Origin: a virus
Lineage: Duplodnaviria > Heunggongvirae > Uroviricota > Caudoviricetes
Length of the DNA: 13,000 nucleotides
Virus record (IMG/VR): IMGVR_UViG_2571042690_000014
Reading direction: 5' to 3' (one strand)
In this document: in pieces, positions 7,136 through 13,000 of the stretch
Layout: each line of letters begins with the position of its first letter
Position numbering within the stretch: the stretch's first letter is position 1
Program-made: the position numbers and the translations under genes
The notes under the pieces: model-generated
What the model was told of the DNA's origin: nothing
Databases searched by the model: none
The model's input: the letters and a program-made list of their open reading frames with translations, nothing else

Positions 7136-9514
7136 ATGGCAGCAGTAAAAATCTCAGGTGTGCTGAAAGATGGTGCGGGAAAACCAATACAGAACTGCAC
7201 TATTCAACTGAAGGCAAAGCGTAACAGCACCACGGTACTGGTGAACACGGTGGCTTCTGAAAATCCGGATGAAGCCGGACGTTACAGCATGGATGTTGAG
7301 CATGGTCAGTACAGCGTCACCCTGCTGGTTGAAGGTTTTCCGCCTTCACATGCCGGGACCATTACCGTCTATGAAGGTTCCAGACCAGGTACGCTGAATG
7401 ATTTTCTCGGTGCCATGACGGAGGATGATGTCCGACCGGAGGCACTGCGCCGCTTTGAGCAGATGGTGGAAGAAGCGGCACGCAACGCTGAAGCCGCCTC
7501 TCAGAGCGCAGCGGCGGCAAAGAAATCCGAAACTGCAGCGGCATCATCGAAGAACGCGGCGAAAACCTCAGAAACGAATGCAGCTAACAGCGCACAGGCG
7601 GCAGCGACCTCAAAGACTGCATCGGCAAACTCCGCGACAGCAGCCAAAAAATCAGAAACCAACGCGAAAAATAGCGAGACAGCCGCAAAGACGAGCGAAA
7701 CCAACGCAAAGTCCAGCCAGACGGCAGCGAAAACCAGCGAAACGAATGCCAAAGCCAGTGAAACTGCGGCAAAAAACAGCCAGGTTGCAGCAGCCCAAAG
7801 CGAGAGCGCGGCAGCCGGTTCTGCGACTTCAGCAGCTGGATCAGCAACTGCTGCGGCTAACAGCCGGAAAGCTGCGAAGACGAGTGAAACTAACGCAAAG
7901 TCCAGCCAGACGGCAGCGAAGACCAGCGAAACGAATGCCAAAGCCAGCGAAACTGCGGCGAAAAACAGTCAGGATGCAGCAGCCCAAAGCGAGAGTGCTG
8001 CAGCTGGTTCTGCAAGCGCGGCGGCTGCTTCTGCCACTGCATCAGCCAACAGTCAAAAAGCAGCAAAAACCAGTGAAACCAATGCAAAGACAAGCGAGAC
8101 TGCAGCGGCGAACTCGGCGAAAGCATCCGCTGCAAGCCAGACCGCTGCAAAAGCAAGTGAAGACGCAGCCAGAGAGTATGCAAGCCAGGCAGCAGATCCG
8201 TATAAATATGTCTTACAGCCGCTGCCTGATGTGTGGATACCGTTTAACGATTCACTGGATATGATTACGGGCTTTTCGCCATCATATAAAAAGATTGTTA
8301 TTGGTGACGACGAAATAACGATGCCTGGCGACAAGATTGTTAAGTTTAAACGTGCATCGAAAGCAACCTATATTAACAAATCTGGTGTGCTGACAGAGGC
8401 TGCCATTGATGAGCCACGATTTGAACGTGATGGCCTGCTTATTGAGGGGCAAAGAACTAATCTTCTGCTTAATTCAACAAATCCATCTAAATGGAATAAG
8501 TCAGGCAATCTGGAACTCACAGAAATATCCACGGATTCTTTTAATTTTACTTATGGGAGATTTACTGTAAAAGATACTCTTATTGGTCAGACAAGTGCTA
8601 TTAATATCGTAACGATTTCTGGCAGTAAAGGGTTTGATGTCACAGGTGATGAAAAATATGTGACCATTTCATGCCGTGTAAGAAGTGATGTTGAAAATAT
8701 AAGGTGTCGTTTAAGATTTGAACACCATGATGGTTATACTTACACTTTTTTGGGAGATGCTTACCTCAATTTATCAACACTTGTAATTGATAAAACTGGT
8801 ACTGCTGCAGACCGTATTATTGCAAAGGCTGTAAAAGATGAGGTTACTGGTTGGATTTTCTATCAGGCTACAATTAATGCACTAGATACAGAGAGCATGA
8901 TTGGTGCGATGGTTCAATACGCTCCTGTAAAAGGTTCAGGTACAGCATCTGGAGACTATCTGGATATCGCAACTCCACAAGTGGAAGGTGGATCAAGTGC
9001 TTCGTCATTTATTGTAACTGATATAACTGCAAGCACTCGCGCAAGCGATATGGTGACAGTCCCAATCAAGAATAACCTTTATAATCTTCCTTTTACGGTT
9101 CTTTGTGAGGTACATAAGAACTGGTATAAAACGCCAAATGCAGCACCGCGTGTTTTTGATACCGGCGGTCATCAAACCGGAGCGGCTATTATTCTTGGCT
9201 TCGGTCGTTCAACAGATTACGACGGATTTCCTTATTGTGATATAGGTTTGGCTAACAGACGGGTAAACGAAAACGCATCGCTTGAAAAAATGGTTATGGG
9301 GATGCGTGTAAAGTCAGATCAGTCTACGTGCTCAGTAAGTAACGGGCGTATATCCAGCGAAAAGAAAGCCACATGGTCCTATATTCAGAACTCCGCAATT
9401 ATCCGTATTGGAGGCCAGACTACAGCCGGGTTGCGTCATTTATTTGGTCATGTCAGGAATTTCAGAATATGGCACAAGGCATTGACTGATGCTCAGATGG
9501 GGGAGTCAATCTAA
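7136..9514 (+). CDS. stf: Side tail fibre protein Stf (lambda Stf-like N-terminus, divergent distal domain)
   Basis: From the ATG at 7136, MAAVKISGVLKDGAGKPIQNCTIQLKAKRNSTTVLVNTVASENPDEAGRYSMDVEHGQYSV... matches the lambda Stf N-terminus. It is followed by Ala/Ser/Thr-rich KTSETNAK-type repeats and an AT-richer C-terminal region that does not match lambda. The ribosome-binding site is GGAG at 7127-7130; the ORF track start at 7106 lies inside the IS200 right end and is unlikely. Confidence 0.85.
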   Translation: MAAVKISGVLKDGAGKPIQNCTIQLKAKRNSTTVLVNTVASENPDEAGRYSMDVEHGQYSVTLLVEGFPPSHAGTITVYEGSRPGTLNDFLGAMTEDDVRPEALRRFEQMVEEAARNAEAASQSAAAAKKSETAAASSKNAAKTSETNAANSAQAAATSKTASANSATAAKKSETNAKNSETAAKTSETNAKSSQTAAKTSETNAKASETAAKNSQVAAAQSESAAAGSATSAAGSATAAANSRKAAKTSETNAKSSQTAAKTSETNAKASETAAKNSQDAAAQSESAAAGSASAAAASATASANSQKAAKTSETNAKTSETAAANSAKASAASQTAAKASEDAAREYASQAADPYKYVLQPLPDVWIPFNDSLDMITGFSPSYKKIVIGDDEITMPGDKIVKFKRASKATYINKSGVLTEAAIDEPRFERDGLLIEGQRTNLLLNSTNPSKWNKSGNLELTEISTDSFNFTYGRFTVKDTLIGQTSAINIVTISGSKGFDVTGDEKYVTISCRVRSDVENIRCRLRFEHHDGYTYTFLGDAYLNLSTLVIDKTGTAADRIIAKAVKDEVTGWIFYQATINALDTESMIGAMVQYAPVKGSGTASGDYLDIATPQVEGGSSASSFIVTDITASTRASDMVTVPIKNNLYNLPFTVLCEVHKNWYKTPNAAPRVFDTGGHQTGAAIILGFGRSTDYDGFPYCDIGLANRRVNENASLEKMVMGMRVKSDQSTCSVSNGRISSEKKATWSYIQNSAIIRIGGQTTAGLRHLFGHVRNFRIWHKALTDAQMGESI
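7688..8065 (+). repeat. Tandem duplication of a 189-bp (63-codon) unit inside stf
   Basis: AAGACGAGCGAAACCAACGCAAAGTCCAGCCAGACGGCAGCGAAAACCAGCGAAACGAATGCCAAAGCCAGTGAAACTGCGGC... from 7688 recurs from 7877 with only a few substitutions. It encodes two copies of TSETNAKSSQTAAKTSETNAKASETAAKNSQ.AAAQSESAAAGSA. Confidence 0.75.
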
Positions 9515-9795
9515 TGAAAGATTTAACACTCAAATTTGCAGACAGGGCCGACTTTTCGGCCTTTATGGATAGCATTGGCTATTATGATGACGAGTCGATG
9601 CAGGATGATATTCTTATTGACGTGATAGGTAACGTGTACAAAGAAACCGGAGAACTGACTGAAGATGGCGAACCGGTATGTGTTAAGGAAGATGGATATT
9701 ATGTAAACGTGCGCATCATTAATGATGCAAAAAAATCGTCAATATTCGATGAATACGCGGTTGTAGTTGAACATCAACTTCGTGGCTGGATGTGA
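9514..9795 (+). CDS. Hypothetical small acidic protein (93 aa), translationally coupled to stf
   Basis: The start overlaps the stf stop (TAATG) and is preceded by a GGGGGAG ribosome-binding site. The product is rich in Asp/Glu (MKDLTLKFADRADFSAFMDSIGYYDDESMQDDILIDV...) with no recognisable motif, and the sequence is AT-rich like the distal part of stf. Confidence 0.5.
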   Translation: MKDLTLKFADRADFSAFMDSIGYYDDESMQDDILIDVIGNVYKETGELTEDGEPVCVKEDGYYVNVRIINDAKKSSIFDEYAVVVEHQLRGWM

Positions 9796-9804
9796 GGGAG
9801 ACAA

Positions 9805-10509
9805 ATGGCTACATCGACAGTAATTCCAGGAGACATCACCACGTTAAAGGGAGATGTCAGTAAAGCCAAGGAAGATATTTCCTCAATTAACGGAAAAGTA
9901 TCAACGCTTCAGGCTGATATGACCAGTGCAAAGCAGGATATCAGCACCAGATACACAAAAACTGAAGTTGATAATAAGCTGAAAAACAAACTGGAAGTGA
10001 ACGCTCTGGAAAGCGGTCGTTATGGTGGAGATTTTTACCCGTTGACTGGCCGTGAAGCGTTTTATTTGTGGGGATTGGGCACGACTACAGCGGCGGCAAA
10101 CCTTTATCTTAATCCTGACCCCGCAATTTCGTCTGTGCTGCGGTCAACATCGTCTATCCGCTATAAACATTCAGTAGAGACAATAGATTCAGAGCACGCC
10201 GATCTCATTTTCAGGATGCGCCCTGTGTGGTACAGGTCACAATGCGAAAATGACAGGCGTGACTGGGGATTCTACGGATTGATTGCCGAGGAAGTAGGAG
10301 AAATTGCCCCTCAGTTTGTACACTGGCGACCAGCTAACGAAGATGATGCACCGGAAGCTATTTCCAGCAATGGCCTTGTTGCCGAAGGTGTAATGTACGA
10401 ACGTCTGGTTGTTCCACTGATTCACCATATCCAGAAGCTGACTGAAAGAGTTGATGAACTTGAGTCAGAATTAAAGTTGTTATCCGTTTCCCGAAGCGAT
10501 ATCGGATAA
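9805..10509 (+). CDS. Fibre-like coiled-coil protein with C-terminal intramolecular-chaperone (peptidase S74-like) domain
   Basis: It has a GAGGGAG ribosome-binding site. The N-terminus carries repeated coiled-coil-like units (GDVSKAKEDISSINGKVSTLQADMTSAKQDISTRYTKTEVDNKLKNKLE). The C-terminus fits the S74 / chaperone-of-endosialidase pattern: SIRYK (S-x-R-x-K), then LIFRMRPVWYRS, WGFYGLIAEEVGEIAPQFV and VMYERLVVPLIHHIQKLTERVDELESEL. The assignment is from memory of the family signature, not a search. Confidence 0.55.
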   Translation: MATSTVIPGDITTLKGDVSKAKEDISSINGKVSTLQADMTSAKQDISTRYTKTEVDNKLKNKLEVNALESGRYGGDFYPLTGREAFYLWGLGTTTAAANLYLNPDPAISSVLRSTSSIRYKHSVETIDSEHADLIFRMRPVWYRSQCENDRRDWGFYGLIAEEVGEIAPQFVHWRPANEDDAPEAISSNGLVAEGVMYERLVVPLIHHIQKLTERVDELESELKLLSVSRSDIG

Positions 10510-10519
10510 AGGAGGAGTA

Positions 10520-10807
10520 ATGGATATAAGCCCCTTACTTCATGCACTTTGTGCTGTGGCTGCGCAAACACTGGTTGGTCTTTTTACCGGAAACTGGGCT
10601 TACGGAGCGATAGCCGGTTGTACGTTCTTCATTGCGCGTGAACACACCCAGGCAGAATATCGCTGGATCGAAATGTTCGGGCATGGCAAGCGAATGAATA
10701 TGCCGTGGTGGGGCGGTTTTGATCCGCGCGCGTGGGATGTGACAAGCCTGATGGATTTTGCTGTGCCGGTGGTGGCGTGTCTGCTGATCTGGATGTTGAT
10801 CCGTTAA
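10520..10807 (+). CDS. Hypothetical small membrane protein (95 aa)
   Basis: It has a strong GGAGGAG ribosome-binding site 3 nt after the preceding stop. There are hydrophobic segments at both ends (LLHALCAVAAQTLVGLFTG, AIAGCTFFIA, FAVPVVACLLIWMLI). GC content is higher than in the two genes before it. Confidence 0.5.
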   Translation: MDISPLLHALCAVAAQTLVGLFTGNWAYGAIAGCTFFIAREHTQAEYRWIEMFGHGKRMNMPWWGGFDPRAWDVTSLMDFAVPVVACLLIWMLIR

Positions 10808-11159
10808 ATATAAAAGCCGCAGTAACTTGCCATGATAGGATACTGCGGCTGGCTGGTTAACTTTCGATAGTGCGAGTATTGAATGATTTCCAGCCGTTAC
10901 TGATTTTATATAACGGCAGTGGAATTATTCAACACACAGGCAAAACACAGGCAAAACGGAATAAGCTGAGAAAAAAAGCGTGCTTTCCCAATCTGGGGCA
11001 AATCACGTCTGAATGACACCTGAAAACAGGTGGTGGACTCAAGAAGGCTTGGAATATTCTTCTTTAATGTTATGTAATTCATTGATTTTTCGTGTACGAT
11101 TTTAAGACATTTATTCCAAGAAGAATTTTTAACTCTTTGATTTTTCTACTCTGTATCAT

Positions 11160-11221
11160 CGGTCTCGAAAACCGGAGTAGGGGCAACTCTACCGGGGGTT
11201 CAAATCCCCCTCTCTCCGCCA
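11160..11221 (+). other. Prophage att core: 62-nt 3' fragment of a tRNA-Ser (anticodon CGA, serU-type) gene, from anticodon stem to CCA
   Basis: CGGTCTCGAAAACCGGAGTAGGGGCAACTCTACCGGGGGTTCAAATCCCCCTCTCTCCGCCA has an anticodon stem-loop (anticodon CGA), a long variable arm, a T-arm GGGGGTTCAAATCCCCC and a 3' acceptor strand plus CCA. There is no 5' acceptor strand or D-arm upstream, so it is a partial copy, as expected for an att duplicate where a phage integrates into a tRNA gene. Confidence 0.7.
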
Positions 11222-11770
11222 CTTTATCAATGACTTATCTCCCGACTTCCCGCCTTGCTTTTCCTAAACAGAACAATCGTAGGATATTCTTGAAGGGTTA
11301 GATCGTCACTGTTTTCTGTTCGATACTGTGACATTCAGCACTTGATTCGCTATGGGTCTGACAGGAAGGTTTCGAGCGAAAATCTACAGTTATTCAGTCG
11401 TTTTCTTATCGGTCACCATTATTCTTTTAGACATTGATCCTATGAAACTGCCGCAAAGTTGCTGGCGGGAACTGAAGTTGCGTAGAGAAGGGGTCAATAA
11501 TTGAGCCAAAAAAGGAACGCGGCCGTCAGATTAAAGCCGCGGGACAAAGTCCATAATTTCCAAGAGTTGTTGAATTTCCCAGCTTTTTTGAAAGCCTTTG
11601 TATCATACTAACAAGTAAAAAAGGTTTAAACACCAAAATTAACCTATATTTCTGGTTAGCTTTACCATGACAGATGACTTGCTCCTGGAGACATTTGCGC
11701 TGCCAGTCTGTATGGCTGAGTTGTGTATTTATTGTTCGCCTTTTTCTCAGTTTTTTTCTACAGACATAAT

Positions 11771-11802
11771 AAAAAAGACACGACTCAAGTATGAGCGTGT
11801 CT
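11771..11802 (-). terminator. Rho-independent terminator on the minus strand, downstream of zinT
   Basis: On the minus strand AGACACGCTCATACTTGAGTCGTGTCT is followed by TTTTTT (plus-strand AAAAAAGACACG...CGTGTCT), about 90 nt beyond the zinT stop. Confidence 0.5.
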
Positions 11803-11890
11803 GAGTTTGTCTTACTTATTTGTCTTGGTAAATTATTGTTGTTACTACCAGGCACTGTTCTGTTAAATAACTGAAGTCAGCGCAAAAAAA

Positions 11891-12541
11891 TCAATGAGAC
11901 ATCATCTCCTCGACCACTTCTTCGCTACTCAACTGATAGGGATAATACGTTGGCCAGTTTTCCATTTCATTCAATAAAGATTGCTGGGAATCATTACCCA
12001 TAAAAATGTGAAAATGAGATGATTTTCGTGGTGCAATTATATGATCGCTAAATTGTATATATTTAGGGGCTTTGCTTTCAGGATCTTTACATTCGAATAA
12101 GTAACGAACGCCTTTCTTGCCTGATTTATAGGTGAGTATTTTGTATCCATCGTAATCATATTTACAGGATGTTGTTTCATTATTTCTATGGAATTCGACA
12201 ATGCCGTCCTCAATGCCAATCATTTCGATATCTGTCGCATAACCTTTGCGATAATAATCTTTAATTTCAGCAAATGTTTTGGTTTTATCTGCATCCGCTT
12301 TCTTCTGAAAGACGGGGTCAAGTTTGCCACTTTGCAGTAAAGGGTAAACGGATTGCCAGACTCCATCCCAGTCACTGAGCGTTCGGTTTTGTACATTGGT
12401 ATCATCAAAAACACCATTAGCAGCTTTTTGTTCGACCTCTGTTAAGGGTTTGCCGTGTGAGTGATGACCATGCGAAAAGGCAGGAGCGCTAACAATAAAG
12501 ACACCTAAAGCAACAGCCAGTTTATGAAGACGAATCGCCAA
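11891..12541 (-). CDS. zinT: ZinT (YodA), periplasmic zinc/cadmium-binding protein (host gene)
   Basis: The 216-aa product [47 protein letters not shown]...[17 protein letters not shown] has a His-rich N-terminus after the signal peptide and matches E. coli ZinT from memory. The start appears to be TTG, with a GGAGG ribosome-binding site 8 nt upstream. Confidence 0.9.
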   Translation of the reverse strand: MAIRLHKLAVALGVFIVSAPAFSHGHHSHGKPLTEVEQKAANGVFDDTNVQNRTLSDWDGVWQSVYPLLQSGKLDPVFQKKADADKTKTFAEIKDYYRKGYATDIEMIGIEDGIVEFHRNNETTSCKYDYDGYKILTYKSGKKGVRYLFECKDPESKAPKYIQFSDHIIAPRKSSHFHIFMGNDSQQSLLNEMENWPTYYPYQLSSEEVVEEMMSH

Positions 12542-12574
12542 AACAATTTCCTCCAGAGTTAATGTACATGATGT

Positions 12575-12595
12575 GTAATGTTATATTGTAACATA
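12575..12595 (-). promoter_or_regulatory. Zur-box-like palindrome in the zinT promoter
   Basis: The near-palindrome ATGTTATATTGTAACAT lies 34-54 nt upstream of the zinT start and resembles the Zur operator consensus (GAAATGTTATA-N-TATAACATTTC type). zinT is a known Zur-regulon member. Confidence 0.55.
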
Positions 12596-12801
12596 TGAAA
12601 AAATGCAACAACTCATTAGGAAATGAGAGCATGGTATTCTCAGGTGTATTGAACTATCTTATTGAAATAAAATAAATTATTCTGGTGATGAAAGGTTGAT
12701 GACAAACGAAACATAACTTGATGCGATCTGTGTGGGCCGGATAGGGCGCTTGAACTGCACCCCAAATGTTGGACATAATCTGACATCTGAAGGTGCAGTT
12801 T

Positions 12802-13000
12802 ATGAAACATTCATTTGAAGTAAAACTTGCCGCTGTAAATCATTACCTGGCTGGTCATGCAGGCATCATTTCTACGGCAAAACTCTTTCAACTTTCTCAC
12901 ACCAGCCTCTCACACTGGATTAATCTTTTTCTTCTTCACGGTCCTCGGGCACTGGATTGCAGACACAAGCGTAGCTATTCTCCTGAAGATAAACTTTGCG
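12802..13000 (+). CDS. IS3-family (IS150-like) transposase OrfA, N-terminal part (runs off the window end)
   Basis: From the ATG at 12802 (ribosome-binding site AGGTG) the translation MKHSFEVKLAAVNHYLAGHAGIISTAKLFQLSHTSLSHWINLFLLHGPRAL... follows the helix-turn-helix OrfA pattern of IS150-like elements (FE.RL..VNHY....G..IS..F......W..L...HG). There is no stop codon within the window. Confidence 0.55.
   Translation, partial: MKHSFEVKLAAVNHYLAGHAGIISTAKLFQLSHTSLSHWINLFLLHGPRALDCRHKRSYSPEDKLC

Noticed and set aside
7425-8264. Overlapping ORFs in alternative frames across the stf repeat region (7425-8264 +, 7501-7941 -, 7584-7847 -, 7890-8183 -, 8053-8334 -)
   Set aside because: These are frame shadows of the GC-rich, repetitive Ala/Ser/Thr-coding shaft of stf. 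Their products are poly-Arg/Gln/Leu or poly-Ala/Phe low-complexity strings with no start context.
11160-11221. Calling this an intact tRNA gene
   Set aside because: Only the segment from the anticodon stem to CCA is present. The 5' acceptor strand (GGAGAGA) and D-arm are missing and the upstream sequence cannot pair with the 3' acceptor strand, so it is an att-site partial copy, not a functional tRNA.
11092-11301. 69-aa ORF on the plus strand overlapping the tRNA fragment
   Set aside because: It spans the partial tRNA-Ser att core and the AT-rich intergenic DNA, has no ribosome-binding site and looks non-protein-like. It is an artefact of an open frame across the att site.
11526-11855. 109-aa ORF on the minus strand between the att core and zinT
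   Set aside because: It overlaps the predicted zinT terminator, is AT-rich with a Lys/Asn-rich low-complexity product, and has no ribosome-binding site. It is more likely intergenic, although an unrecognised small RNA or regulatory element in this region cannot be excluded.
1-13000. CRISPR arrays or defence-system signatures (restriction-modification, toxin-antitoxin, Abi)
   Set aside because: No spaced direct-repeat arrays and no ORFs with recognisable nuclease, methylase or toxin motifs were seen. The only tandem repeats are the coding repeats inside stf and the short 11-bp att-arm repeat.

Overview
This window is the right (tail) end of a lambda-like prophage, its junction with the host chromosome, and two insertion sequences inside the phage. 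Left to right: the 3' end of an IS66-family element (1-250) cuts into the 5' end of tail gene L; then come K, I, J (central tail fibre) and the lom outer-membrane moron. A 710-bp IS200-type element sits exactly in the lom-stf intergenic region, followed by the side tail fibre gene stf, which has a lambda-like N-terminus, a tandemly duplicated 189-bp repeat block and an AT-richer distal part. Downstream of stf, where lambda carries tfa, there is instead a tightly coupled three-gene cassette: a 93-aa acidic protein, a 234-aa coiled-coil protein whose C-terminus looks like a fibre intramolecular-chaperone (peptidase S74-like) domain, and a 95-aa membrane protein. This cassette is the best candidate for something undescribed. 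The prophage ends at a 62-nt copy of the 3' part of a tRNA-Ser (CGA anticodon) gene (11160-11221), which is the att core. Host DNA follows: zinT on the minus strand with a Zur-box-like palindrome in its promoter, then the start of an IS3-family orfA at the window edge. All protein identifications are from reading the translations and recalling family signatures; no database search was run.
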